A DNA stretch of 63,838 nucleotides, the filler included, from Octopus bimaculoides (Eukaryota), in the NCBI RefSeq assembly GCF_001194135.2. It is 4 parts of 4 records of this genome, joined end to end, with 100 filler letters (N's around TTAATTAATTAA, not from the genome) between each part and the next. Parts side by side here need not be neighbours in the genome. Positions count along the whole stretch, not along the records: positions 23,089 to 48,370 come from NC_068982.1; positions 48,471 to 60,612 come from NC_068993.1; 2 more parts are not named here. One strand, 5' to 3'. Position numbers and translations under genes: made by a program. Numbering within the stretch: the stretch's first letter is position 1; every line of letters begins with the position of its first letter. A model generated the notes under the pieces. It made no database searches and was not told where the DNA came from. It saw nothing but the letters and a program-made list of their open reading frames with translations. Positions 35,992 to 49,411 of the stretch are shown here, in pieces.

Positions 35992-38600
35992 AAGAATACA
36001 ATAGTATGATAATAATCCTTTCTACTATAAGCACAAGGCCTGAAATTTGGGGGAGAGGGCTAGTCGATTAAATCGACCCAGTACTCAACTGGTACTTATT
36101 TTATCGACCCCGAAAGGATGTAAGCAAAGTTGGCCTCGGCAGAATAAAATAATAATATATAATAATCAACAACAAACGATATTTTGTTAAGCATTGATGT
36201 TATGAATATTTATCAAAAAAAAAAAATTAATTAAACATTATTTCATAAACGCATAAAGAGTTTTGAGTGCAGCCACAAAATTACTTGTATTCCTTATTTA
36301 GGGACGGTGAAGGCACATAGCCTACTGGTTAGTGTGTGCGGCTCATGATCACAGTCACAGGTCTAAATCCTGGACCGGCAAAGCACTTATCTCACTTTGC
36401 TCCTATCTATTCAGCTGTAATGAGTATCCTCCGACAACTGGTGCTTCCCCCTTTCTCTCCAGATGCCGCAACTTGGCTGATCCGCTTTGTTAAGGAGGTA
36501 GGAGGCCAGAGGGCTCGGAAGGTACCCATATCTGCTCTTTACTACAAAGACACCGAAAACAATGAGCAAAAGCATGGAATATGTTACCAAGTCGTACTCA
36601 TTCTTGTTGTCCTTTGTCAGGTCTAACTAATACTAATTCATTGTCAATCTGTTGTCGTTTGGCCCCAAGTCAACCCTTACTGAACAAATATGGCCAGGTA
36701 TCACATTCGTAACACAGAGAGTTGGAAACTTCGATCAACCGAGATTATTCAATTGGTATGAAAAGGCCCTCTAAGATTATTTAAAATCTGAACAGCGATA
36801 AGCAGGGGGATAACCCCTACAAAACCAGTTGGTTCAACGCTTTGGACTCAATTTACCATACAGATAGAGATGGATCAAATTTTTAAAGCTATCTGGTAGA
36901 AGTAATGGCCATATTTCAGTTTCATTAGACCTCCTCGGTGAAGCGTATTCTAGTTAGGAAACCAATCTACAGTACAATGTATTCTTGGGTACATCATTTT
37001 TTCTAAGCCTGTAAAATAACTTGAGGGATATTTGGCTGTTGCTTTTAGTAGGTCGATTACTTCGTAGAGGATCTCTCACTGGCTCTTTCGATGTCTAATT
37101 TGTGATGCTCTGTGACTACAGTATCCAAGGACGAACCTGCGATATACAGCAAGGAAACATCTCTCAAATCACATCCAGCTGTCTTAAAATAGAATACAAC
37201 GGCCGATGTAATCCCTGATACATAAAAAATCGCCCCCAAAACAAGATGATCACAGAGGAAACGTATTTGATCACATGCCTGCTCGATTAGAGATAACTTG
37301 TGACTAAACAATAACAACAACAACAACAACAACGACGACAACTGTCAGAACGACAGCAGCAACAACAATGGCTAAATCAAGAAGGCTGTGCATCTCGACT
37401 CTTTGAGTTACTTATTTGGTGAATTTCGCAAATTTGTATATGTCAAGGAACCAAGAAATATGTTGTTTCCCGCAAAACCCTTTACATACTGTATCTATTT
37501 TTGGTTTAACTTTAACTGAACAAGTTCAATTATGAGATTAGTGATATCTTATTAAAAGGATGCTATTAATTCCTTTACGATCTATTTTACCATTCGTTCA
37601 GTAAAGGTTATATAATTAAGAATGAAGACAATTAGTATAAGTAGGCCACCCCGCAGGCAAGTTCATAAGTTATAATTATTATTGATCAGGTAATTTGGCA
37701 GTGGGCTGGCAGAATCGTGTTAGAGCATTGGAAAAAAAAGCCGCGCAACATGTGATCTAACTCGTTACGTTCTGACTTTGAATCCCACAGAAGTCAACTT
37801 GGTCTTTTATCCCTCTGGGGCAGTGCCGTCTTCTATTCATGCTGCGGCATAAATCAATACGAAACGACCTGGTGCACTGATTTGCACTGAGGCCTTATAA
37901 TGCTGCTAAAACGGCCCCACTAGTGTCCAGTAATTATTGTTATTATATCTTTTTATCGATTTGTTTTCGGGATAGAGGGAGTAAACAAGCCAATTACCAC
38001 CAGTTATCATGGGCCTATGATACTGATCTCAGATATTAGAACAATGCCAGAAATTTCTGGGGAGGGAATTAGTCGAATATATCGACCCCAGTGTTCAGCT
38101 GGTATTTATTCTATTGGCCCCGAAAGGGTGAAAGGCAGAGTGGACCTCGGCGGTATTTGAACGCAGAACGTAAATTCGGAAGAAATGCCGCTAAGCATTT
38201 TTCCAGCGCGGTAACGATTCTGCCAGCTCGCCGCTTTCCATGTGCCTATGATATTGATTTCAAATTTTCGCACAAGGCCAGCAATTTCGGGGAGGGAGCT
38301 AGTCGATTACACTGTCCCTAGTGTTCAACTGGTACTTATTTTATCGACTCTGAAAGGATGAAAGTCAAAGTCGATCCCGGTAGAATTTGAACTCAGAGCG
38401 TATAGACAGACAAAATGCTGTTGAGCATTTTGCCCGGCGCGGTAACAATTCTGCCAGCTCGCTGCCTTGATGGGTCTTTGATATTGAGAAGAAATAGGAG
38501 CATTGAAGGAACTCTTTTGTAAGAAATTAATTGTTTTTCTTGCTTTTTATGTCTTTCTTAGTAATATTTTGTTCTATTACTGTTAAGTGCATCATCTACC

Positions 38601-38983
38601 GTGGAGGTGCAATGGCCCAGTGGTTAGGGCAGCGGACTCACGGTCATAGGATCGCGGTTTCGATTCCCAGACCGGGCGTTGTGAGTGTTTATTGAGCGAA
38701 AACACCTAAAGCTCCACGAGGCTTCGGCAGAGGATGGTGGCGAACCCTGCTGTACTCTTTCACTACAGCTTTCTCTCACCCTTACTTCCTGTTTCTGTTG
38801 TACCTGTAATTCAAAGGGCCAGCCTTGTCACACTCTGTATCACGCTGAATATTCCCGAGAACTACGTTAAGGGTACACGTGTTAGTGGAGTGCTCAGCCA
38901 CTTGTACGTTAATTTCACGAGCAGGCTGTTCCGTTGATCGGATCAACTGAAACCCTCGACGTCGTTAGCGACAGAGTGCCAAC
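38601..38983 (+). mobile_element. SINE family A, full length with Pol III A and B boxes
   Basis: A box TGGCCCAGTGG (38613-38623) and B-box-like GGTTTCGATTCC (38656-38667), followed by the body shared with other copies. Confidence 0.9.
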
Positions 38984-39429
38984 GACTATCTTTTACTTGC
39001 TTCAGCAACTTGACTGCGGCCATCCTGGGGCACCGCCTTGAAGAATTCTGGTCGAACAAATCAACAGCATCATCTACCCTACATGTCCATCATGTGCCTA
39101 TAACTCGTACACAAATCATACACACTTAGAATTGATTATTATTAAAATACTTAAAGGTCAGTTTGAAATAAGGCCAAAACATTTCTCGATTAAGCCTGTT
39201 ACTTGGCTGAAATGGGACGTTTGCCATATGGCCTGAACCTATTATCAGGCTGAAATTAAGCCCACATCTCACATATGACATGGGTTTATCACCAACTAGA
39301 ACTGGGCCTGCATCTGACCCGGGCCTCTAATCAACTTGACAGAGGTTTGATCGGAGCCTCTAGGTGAGCCCTTTGCTCTACTACTAACATAGATAAGAAC
39401 ATAAAACCACACTGTTAATGTTCATGTCA

Positions 39430-40037
39430 CTGTAGTTGTTGTTGTTGCTGTTACTTTTTGTTGTTGTTGTTATTGTTGTTGAACTGGAAGCTGATCATGA
39501 TACGTGATGGTGCAGCGATTGAGGTTCTTGTTGTAGTCGTCGCGGTGGAGGAAGTAGTCCGCTATTGTTCACGGTGTAGTCGTTGTTGTTGTTGTTGTTG
39601 TTGTTGTTAACATAGTTGTTACTGTGGTACTCGGGAGCTGTGGCTGTTGGGCTTACCTCTCCGCTCACCCCCCTGTTTGCCCCCGCCTCCTCCCGCATCC
39701 CTACCTCCACCTTCCTCTCAGTTATACCTGTCATTCTCTGTTATTACTACGGCTGTTGTAATTAATCGTTCTTATTATCGCTGCTGCTACTGCAGCTGCT
39801 ACTGCTGCTGTTGTCGTTATCACTGTTGTTATTGTTGTTGTTGTTGTTGTTGACGACGATGATGATGATGATGATGATAGGATCGCAGGAGGCGATCTCT
39901 ATACTATTTTTGCTATTGCTGCCCTTGTTTGCAAAAACGACGATGATGATGAGAACAGTGACGACGGCCAAGATGATTACGACGACGACAAAGATGACGA
40001 TGACGATGATGATGGCAACGACGGTGATAATAATGAC

Positions 40038-40086
<49 letters not shown>

Positions 40087-40163
40087 ATGATGGTAATGAT
40101 GATGATGGTATTGGTGGTAGTGATGATGATAATGACGACGACAACGACGACGTAATGAGAAAT

Positions 40164-40222
<59 letters not shown>

Positions 40223-40240
40223 AGTGGTGGTGGTGATGAT
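39430..40240. repeat. Compound trinucleotide microsatellite field (GTT, CTG, GAT, GAC, GGT)
   Basis: Successive pure and mixed triplet runs; these produce the poly-M, poly-S and poly-H ORFs. Confidence 0.95.
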
Positions 40241-40929
40241 GAGAGCGCAGGAGTCAATGGGCACCAAATGTCCGGNNNNNNNNNNNNNNNNNNNNNNNNN
40301 NNNNNNNNNNNNNNNNNNNNNNNNNNNNNNNNNNNNNNNNNNNNNNNNNNNNNNNNNNNNNNNNNNNNNNNNNNNNNNNNNNNNNNNNNNNNNNNNNNNN
40401 NNNNNNNNNNNNNNNNNNNNNNNNNNNNNNNNNNNNNNNNNNNNNNNNNNNNNNNNNNNNNNNNNNNNNNNNNNNNNNNNNNNGTGGGTGGGGAGTCAAG
40501 TAACAGCAGAAGTGGAATTATTGAAGGGAAATGCAATGATGTCCAAGGTCAGATGTGGAAATGATATGTAATAGAGGGAGAGAAAGGGGGAGTGAGAGGG
40601 AGAGGGAGAAACAGAGAGAGGGTGGGGGTGAGAGGGAGAAACAGAGAGAGAGAGGGGGGTGTAGGTGAAGTAGACTGTGGAAGGAGGTAGGAGCTGGAAA
40701 AGGATAAGAGACACCTCACACATGCCTTTGGAACAGTACATGCGTCCATATGTGTGTTTCTGCACGTATGAAAACACGTGTGTGTAAATATATACCTGTG
40801 TTTGTGTGTATGTGCGTGTGCAAATATATACATGTGTGAATGTGTGTATGTATATACATACATACATACATACATACATAAATATATGTGTGTACATATA
40901 TATATGTATATGTACATACATGTATACGC

Positions 40930-40993
<64 letters not shown>

Positions 40994-41299
40994 TATATAC
41001 ATGTATGTGCATATAAGTCTGTAATTTACACACACACGCACACACACGTACACACATGCACATACACTCACAATGTCACTCTCACTAATTCACACATATT
41101 TATATATATATGGAAACATATACTTGTATGTATGTATGTATGTATGTATGTATGTATGTACGTACGTCCGAGAGAAAGTGAGCGAGAGACCAGAGAAAGT
41201 GTGTGTAATTATAAGTATATATATTTATATAGAAATGTTTTATGCGGATATATATATATATATATATGATCATCTACTCACATGTATATGTATGTATGC

Positions 41300-41365
<66 letters not shown>

Positions 41366-41374
<9 letters not shown>

Positions 41375-41475
41375 TGGGGAGACACTCTGAGCGTAAAACT
41401 GATGGTCATTAATCAATGCTGGTGAGGTTAACTTCGTGTAAGTGTAAATATGTGCATGTGTGAAAATATGTTTGT
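41366..41475 (+). repeat. Left arm of a 110-bp long-range inverted repeat
   Basis: Reverse complement of 45593-45702 at 108/110 positions. Confidence 0.9.
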
Positions 41476-43089
41476 GCTTGTNNNNNNNNNNNNNNNNNNN
41501 NNNNNNNNNNNNNNNNNNNNNNNNNNNNNNNNNNNNNNNNNNNNNNNNNNNNNNNNNNNNNNNNNNNNNNNNNNNNNNNNNNNNNNNNNNNNNNNNNNNN
41601 NNNNNNNNNNNNNNNNNNNNNNNNNNNNNNNNNNNNNNNNNNNNNNNNNNNNNNNNNNNNNNNNNNNNNNNNNNNNNNNNNNNNNNNNNNNNNNNNNNNN
41701 NNNNNNNNNNNNNNNNNNNNNNNNNNNNNNNNNNNNNNNNNNNNNNNNNNNNNNNNNNNNNNNNNNNNNNNNNNNNNNNNNNNNNNNNNNNNNNNNNNNN
41801 NNNNNNNNNNNNNNNNNNNNNNNNNNNNNNNNNNNNNNNNNNNNNNNNNNNNNNNNNNNNNNNNNNNNNNNNNNNNNNNNNNNNNNNNNNNNNNNNNNNN
41901 NNNNNNNNNNNNNNNNNNNNNNNNNNNNNNNNNNNNNNNNNNNNNNNNNNNNNNNNNNNNNNNNNNNNNNNNNNNNNNNNNNNNNNNNNNNNNNNNNNNN
42001 NNNNNNNNNNNNNNNNNNNNNNNNNNNNNNNNNNNNNNNNNNNNNNNNNNNNNNNNNNNNNNNNNNNNNNNNNNNNNNNNNNNNNNNNNNNNNNNNNNNN
42101 NNNNNNNNNNNNNNNNNNNNNNNNNNNNNNNNNNNNNNNNNNNNNNNNNNNNNNNNNNNNNNNNNNNNNNNNNNNNNNNNNATGATCGACATATATATTC
42201 TTAACGTAATTCTCAGGCGGCCAAATCTAATGTGACACAACATGATACGACTGGCCTTTTGAATGGCATATAGAATGCAGAGAGAGAGGGGGGAGGGAGA
42301 GGGAGACAGGGAGAGGGAGAGGGGTAGAGGGAGAGGGAGAGGGAGAGGACTCGAGCCTCAGAATGAACTGGACTGTTACTTTATATATATCGACTCCGAA
42401 ACGATGGATGGGTTTCAAAGAAGGAAAGGAGATAAACTAAACAAATGGACGAGATGCTTTGTGGTATCTATTTCGGCTTTTTGCGTTCTGAGTTCAAATC
42501 CCATTGTAACCTCTCTGGGTAGCAGACTTAATCCATCGCCCAATCTCACACAAACATCTGACACCTTGGGTGGCTTTTACAGAGCTCACTCGGCTGCAAG
42601 CATTCGAACCAGATCTTGAGCTAGAAGATAGCTTCTTCCCTCTCGTCAATCAGAATACCATAGTGCTTGTAATTTGCACATCAGCTTGGGCAAGTTACCT
42701 CTACTATAGCCCTTAGCTGATCAATACCTTGTGAGTGAATTTAGTAGACGGAAACTGTGTGGAACCCCCCATCTCTAATAATAAATGCGAATGTCAGTGC
42801 GTCAGTGTGTTACATTTTTTTTCAACTTTACTCCTAGAGGCCGTAGCCCAACATATCATACCATTTTGGAATCATGCCGACTCCGTGAGTAAATTAAAAA
42901 CATTCCGGGCCGAATCCGAGCCCGCAATCCTGAAATTTTGCATTCCCAGGTTTTGATTATTGCGATTGTTTTCGGCGATTTTTTTACGTTATTTTTGGCG
43001 ACGAATTTTTTTTTTTTTGTACGATAACAATTTTTATAATCTAAAGGCCGACTCATGTGAGTAGATTGAAACATTCTGGGCCAAATCCG

Positions 43090-44197
43090 GACAGACAAAT
43101 ATTACCAGTCATTGCAAAAGGAACTCCAGCTGATGAAATCAATGCTCACCTGAAAATTTTCTACATCTGTAGCCATGTTCAAAGACTCAGCCTGAAAACA
43201 ATCATGAGAGTCAGAATTACAGGTGGCCTTGAAGCAGGAAGATTTGCTGCTTTGTTGTTGGAGCTTGGCAATGGAACTATCAAAATGAACCAAAATGGAG
43301 ATATTTCACTCCCAAATGGTTGTAGAGTTTCAGTCTCAAGTATCCAAGACTTGATTAACTATGTTTACCCAAACATTGAACACCATTTCATGGATTGGAT
43401 TCAAACTGGCTTTGTGAGAGGGCCATATTAGCTCCCAAGAATCAAACTGTGGATAACATCAACTGGAAACTTCTCCAAGAAATTCCAAAAGAAAGCATGA
43501 TGTACTTTTCCATTGACACTGGTTGAACAAATGCAGGCAGTAAATTATCCAATAAAGTTCCTGAACTCATTGAATCCTCCTGGAATGCCATCGCACAAGC
43601 TGGAACTAAAAGAAAATGTGCCAATTATGCTGTTGAGAAATCTGGATCCTTCAAAGCTCTGTAATGGAACAAGGTTAATTGTCAAGGAAATTCTTCCTCA
43701 TTTCTTGGAAGCAGAGATTCTTACTGGTCCAGGAAAGGAGAAAGAGTTTTCATTCTAAGAATCCCCTTAATTTCTCCAGATCTTCCTTTTCAGTTCAAAA
43801 GACTTCCGTTTCCAGTGTGAGTGAGCTATGCAATGTCAATGAATAAATCTCAAGAACAATCATTGAAAGTAACTGGACTTTATCTGATGGAACCCAACTT
43901 TTCTCACGGCCAGTTCTGTGTTGGTTGTTCAAGGGTTGGGAACAGAAACAAGCTATTTGTACTGAGCCCGAATGGGAAGATCAAAATGTTGTTTATCATG
44001 CAGCTTTACAATAAGTTCCAAATAGACAAATTATATCATTATTTTTATGAAAACTGTTAATTGTTTGAAAAAGATTGTTCAAGTTTAATAAAATTTAATA
44101 TGTACTCAATCCATGAAGTGTCATTGTTGGCCCAAGGCCCAATCAAGAGCGCTCAGCAGGAGCTAGCTTAAAAGCCGCCCTATCGGGAGGCTTTTAA
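43090..44197 (+). mobile_element. Degraded Helitron/Helentron helicase region with terminal hairpin
   Basis: Peptides [71 protein letters not shown] hairpin TTAAAAGCC-GCCC-TATC-GGGA-GGCTTTTAA lies at 44168-44197. Confidence 0.85.
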
Positions 44198-44215
44198 TGT
44201 ATATGTACACATACA

Positions 44216-44246
<31 letters not shown>

Positions 44247-44414
44247 GTGGGAAATTCTGTCTGTGGGTGTGTTTGTGGATATGTTAGCTAACTCCTCCTA
44301 CATCGTTTTATCGATTTTGATGAAACTTGACAGGTGAGTGGAACTCATGTCTGGAAACCTCATGGTATACTCAAATTGTTGAAAAAAAATCGATAATAGA
44401 GCCCCTGGAAGAGA

Positions 44415-45102
44415 TCCTTATATATATCTAATATATCTTATTTTAAAAACCAAGGGAAATAACCCATTCATTTTCCTGAATTATTTGGTAAAACTGAAAT
44501 TGAGTAGGCTTATTTTTTAGTATTTGCACTGTTAGAGTTATTTTCGCAATTTATCCAGTACAACCCTTAAACAAGTAAATAGTATTTTCCTAAACAACAC
44601 ATCCACTTATTTCGGTTAGTGAATTATCCACGAATATACCAGCACTAGCGCCTCTGGGGGTAATATTCTCTGGGAGCGCACAAAAGCCCTCTTCAGAGTT
44701 ATTTACTTTGAATTGTTATTATCTCATATCTGATTATCCTGTTATTACATAACATGCTTCACGATTTTAGTATAGACACCTTATTAGTATTTCCTCCTGT
44801 TCTATATACTCTGGGAACGCATTAAAGCCCTTTTCGGAGCTACTTTATTTGAATTCCTACTATCTAGTAACTAATTTCATGTTATTACATAACTGATTTC
44901 ACAATTTGGCTATTCATAACTTATTGGGAATTCCTAAAAACAGGATCCTGTGTAAGGCAGTTCGGTATTCTCTGGAAATGCACAAAAACCGTTTTAAGGG
45001 CTACATACTCTGTATTGTTGTTATTGGATTAGGGAAACAATTATGAGAACGGAACCAAAGGATAAGCCCCGCTTTCCCGGGAATTACCAGGTACGTCAGC
45101 TA

Positions 45103-45103
<1 letters not shown>
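44415..45103 (+). mobile_element. Non-autonomous Helitron-like element with internal tandem repeats
   Basis: Starts A|TCCTTATATATAT and ends CCCGGGAATTACCAGGTACGTCAGCTAG|T, the canonical TC...CTAG inserted in an AT site. It holds three units 141-161 bp apart. Confidence 0.6.
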
Positions 45104-45146
<43 letters not shown>

Positions 45147-45592
45147 TGTATATATGATGGGCTCTCCCGTTGAAAACGACGTATGNNNNNNNNNNNNNNN
45201 NNNNNNNNNNNNNNNNNNNNNNNNNNNNNNNNNNNNNNNNNNNNNNNNNNNNNNNNNNNNNNNNNNNNNNNNNNNNNNNNNNNNNNNNNNNNNNNNNNNN
45301 NNNNNNNNNNNNNNNNNNNNNNNNNNNNNNNNNNNNNNNNNNNNNNNNNNNNNNNNNNNNNNNNNNNNNNNNNNNNNNNNNNNNNNNNNNNNNNNNNNNN
45401 NNNNNNNNNNNNNNNNNNNNNNNNNNNNNNNNNNNNNNNNNNNNNNNNNNNNNNNNNNNNNNNNNNNNNNNNNNNNNNNNNNNNNNNNNNNNNNNNNNNN
45501 NNNNNNNNNNNNNNNNNNNNNNNNNNNNNNNNNNNNNNNNNNNNNNNNNNNNNNNNNNNNNNNNNNNNNNNNNNNNNNNNNNNNNNNNNNNN

Positions 45593-45702
45593 ACAAACAT
45601 ATTTTCACACATGCACATATTTACACTTACACGAAGTTAACCTCACCAACATTGATTAATGACCATCAGTTTTACGCTCAGAGTGTCTCCTCATTTTTAC
45701 AC
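45593..45702 (-). repeat. Right arm of the 110-bp long-range inverted repeat
   Basis: Reverse complement of 41366-41475. Confidence 0.9.
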
Positions 45703-46617
45703 GCACACACACATATACACACACACGCACACACACACGCGCGCGCGCGCGCACGCACACACGCGCACGCGCACGCACACACACACACACACACACTCAT
45801 ATACGTATGCGCGCGCGTGCCTTTGTGTCTATCTCCCAGTATTTCACAGCCGGTGTTGGCTTGTTTACTTCTCCGTAACCTTGCGGGTCGGAAAAAAGAG
45901 ACTGATAGAATAAGTGCCAGATTTCGAAAAAATAAGTACTAGAGACGACTAGTTTGACTTGCAACTATCAAGGTGGTGTTCCAGCATAGCCGTACTCAAG
46001 GATAAAAGAATTATCAATTTAAAAATCTATGATTAGGTAGAGTACTTAAGAAAATGTCTTTTCGGTGTTTGGTTAGATCTTTTACGTTCTGAATTCAAAT
46101 CCTACCCGAAATCAACATTAACATTCGTTCTACTGGGATCGATAAAATAAGCACCAGTAATATGTCTATTGTATTCGATTTACTACTCCAAATTTTGTGG
46201 TCTTCTGCCAAAGATCTTTCCATTCTATTCCGTTACTTAGCTATTGCTGCTATTACATACAACGGAGCTACTGTTGCTATGGCGATTTTGATGCAAGGAA
46301 AGACAGTTTATTAGTGTGGTTGAAATGTAATTGCTATATACAGTTTCCACTACTTTCACTACTATTATTACTGCTGTTACAGTGATTCTAAGTCAGTTTA
46401 TTAGTATTGTTGATATACAATTGTTAAATGTGTACAATTGCTATCGTTGCTAGCAGTTCTGGTATTTTGTTGCTGTTTCTGCAACTGTTGCTGTTCTTGT
46501 CGCTTGGGAAGATATAAAACACGTTTCTGGACCCTGTTAGGTGGCTGAAAGAATATTAAAAAAAAAAAAAATGTTTAAGGCGCGGCCGTGTGGTAAGAAG
46601 CTTACTTCTTACTTCTT

Positions 46618-46847
46618 AAGGCGGCGAGCTGGCAGAAACGTTAGCACGCCGGGCGAAATGCTTAGCGGTATTTCGTCTGCCGTTACGTTCTGAGTTCAAA
46701 TTCCGCCGAGGTCGACTTTACATTTCATCCTTTCGGGGTCGATTAAATAAGTACCAGTTACACACTGGGGTCGATATAATTGACTTAATCCGTTTGTCTG
46801 TCCTTGTTTGTCCCTCTATGTTTAGCCCCTTGTGGGCAATTAAGAAA
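46618..46847 (+). mobile_element. SINE family B, young full copy with 16-bp TSD
   Basis: AAGGCGGCGAGCTGGCAGAAACG...CATCCTTTCGGGGTCGAT..., flanked by TAAGAAGCTTACTTCT at 46594-46609 and 46848-46863. Confidence 0.9.
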
Positions 46848-48414
46848 TAAGAAGCTTACTTCTCAACCGCATGGTTCCGAGTTCAGTTCCACTGCGTGGT
46901 ACCTTCGGCAATTGTCTTCTACTTCAGCCTCGGGTCAAATAAAGCCTGTAATTCAAAGGGCCAGCCTTGTCACATTCTGTGTCGCTCTGAACCTTCTTGA
47001 GGACTACGTTAAAGGGTACACGTGCCTGTGGAGTGCTCAGCCACTTGCACGTTAATTGCACGAGCAGGTTGTTCTATTGACTGGAATCAACTGGAACCCC
47101 ATTCGTCGTAACCGACGGAGTGCCAATTATTGGTATGAGGAGCATGAACAATATATAATTAAAGAGTACTTCATTATAGTACAATGGCGAAGTTTGGACA
47201 GTATCAAGCTAGTTTTTCTTTCTTTCTTTCTTTGTTCCTTTCTTTCTTTCTATCTTTCTTTCTTTCTTTCTTTCTTTACTTATTTATTTATCTATTTTCC
47301 AAATGAATACATGAAGGCTATAGCCTCCTCGCAGTGTTACAGTCTCATTCATAATTTATTTCTTCGCTACTCTGTACAATGTATATTGCACATTCTGTTT
47401 TAACATCTATAAACTTTGTATTTCACTAATTTCATGATATTTTGCCAAACGTAATTTTATCTCTGGTGCGTGTAATAAGAATCTGGCTGATACTTCATGG
47501 TCTTACAATGAAATGCGTGCGTGTGTGTGTGTGTGCGTGTGTGTGTGTGTGTTTGAGTACGTTTGTACTGTATATTATTTTTCTTGCAGAAAGGCAGCGA
47601 TCTGGCAGAAACGTTAGCGCGCCGGCCAACATACCTATCGGTATTTCGTGTGTCTTTACGTTCTGAGTTCAAATTCCGCCGAGGTCGACTTTGCTTTTCA
47701 TCCTTTCGGGGTCGATAAATTAAGTACTAGCTGCATACTGGAGTCGATCTAATCGACTAGCACCCTCCCCCAAAATTTCGGGCCTTGTGCCTAGAATAGA
47801 AAATATTATTTTTATTGTAATTCTATAAATTCTTTATATGAATATGAAGTTTGTTCCTAACTAAAAATCGAAAATACCTTCTTCAGAATTTAGATATCGC
47901 TAAAAAAGTGACAAGGTTTTTTGAGTTAAGACAATTCTCGCGGTTTGTAAACATGTGGTCGAGACAGAGTGTGCATATATATAGGTGTATGGACCTGCAT
48001 TTATGTTCTGTGAGAACATGTCTCTTCAGTGCTCAGCTGTGTGTGTGTGTGTGTGTGTGTGCGTGCACGCGCGTATAAATCATTACTTTGTTCATGTATC
48101 TTTGTAGATGCACACAACCAAATGCGTTCATATATTCTTTTAAAGAATCTTTGGAACATCTTACACATTTTTACTGTGCCACTGACAGATTCGATTTGGA
48201 GGATGCGTGTCAGTATTTTTTTTATAAATTTTTATTTGTTTTTATTTTCAGTTATTAAATTTTCTTAGAAAGTATCAGCATTTCTAGGTTTTTGTGCAAA
48301 TCCAAAGTTAGATTATTTAACGCAGTGTGTGTGTGATAGATACGAAAGAAAATTTATAGCCACATACAAANNNNNNNNNNNNNNNNNNNNNNNNNNNNNN
48401 NNNNNNNNNNNNNN

Positions 48415-48426
48415 TTAATTAATTAA
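48415..48426. other. Artificial scaffold spacer
   Basis: 44N-TTAATTAATTAA-44N. Confidence 0.92.
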
Positions 48427-49184
48427 NNNNNNNNNNNNNNNNNNNNNNNNNNNNNNNNNNNNNNNNNNNNAGTTATATGGGGTGAAATATTCACAACTCT
48501 TACGTCGTTTTTTTATTATTCAGGCTTTGAAAAAAAACTTCCTTACTCTCATTACCCCCTACTTCAAGCAAGTCACTGGGTGGAAGAAACGACGGTGAAA
48601 AAAAAACAAACTGATACAAAGAAAGTTGTCAATGTAAAAGTTACCATGGGAGAGATGACAAAAATACCTCTCTATATAGAGAATTTCATGCACATTCATT
48701 TCGATTGCTGCAGAAATTTAATCGCTTCGTGAAATTTCGTACAATGATTTTTATCCTATTTCGTCTGCCTTTTCAACGTTAACACGTTGAAGAGAGACTG
48801 ACGATTTGATAAGTGCTGCTGACATAATAGAGGAGAGATAATAGATAGATATATACAAGAAAGAGAGGAGTAGTAGTAAGTTATCTTCTTCGTCTGTGAT
48901 ACTGCTCTGCATTAGAGGAAAGAATGTGGGAAAAGAATACCTTTACACTCTTTCCTTGTCTTCCCCCCCCCCTTTCTCTTCCACCATCTCTTACAGACGC
49001 AGGTGTGAAGTTTATAATAACTTTCAAATGTTGGTACAAGACCAATCTATTTTTGGTGGAGATGGGAAGTCGATCAAAGGCAAAGTTGACATCAGTAGGA
49101 TTTTAACTCAAAGCATAAAAACCCAGAAGTAATGCCACTAAGCATTTTTTCCAACATGCTAACAATTCTGTCACCTTCGCTGGT

Positions 49185-49411
49185 TTAACACTTCAGCATT
49201 TAGATTTTGTGTCAAATTTAATGCTTATATTATTTCCATATTGTTTTGAATTAATCATGCATTATCTTGAAGTTTCAAGATTTTGATGATGATTATTTAT
49301 TTTTAGAATGACATTGTTGGGTAGGTGCGAGAGGCTGGACTGGCCCATTTGAACATAGCACAGGTAGAATATTTTGGCTGGATTTGGCCAGTTTAAATGC
49401 CAAATGGTTAA
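49185..49411. mobile_element. Decayed TTAA-flanked (piggyBac-like) MITE
   Basis: TTAA|CACTTCAGCATTTA ... TAAATGCCAAATGG|TTAA, with degenerate TIRs and a TTAA TSD. Confidence 0.5.

Noticed and set aside
38601-38675. tRNA gene
   Set aside because: A and B boxes are present but run into a SINE body repeated elsewhere; it is a SINE head.
39495-40571. Poly-Met, poly-Ser, poly-His and poly-Asn ORFs
   Set aside because: Products of trinucleotide microsatellites and N-gaps, with no splice or homology support.
44168-44197. Bacterial rho-independent terminator or contamination
   Set aside because: The context is a eukaryotic Helitron among octopus-type repeats; a transposon terminus is the simpler explanation.
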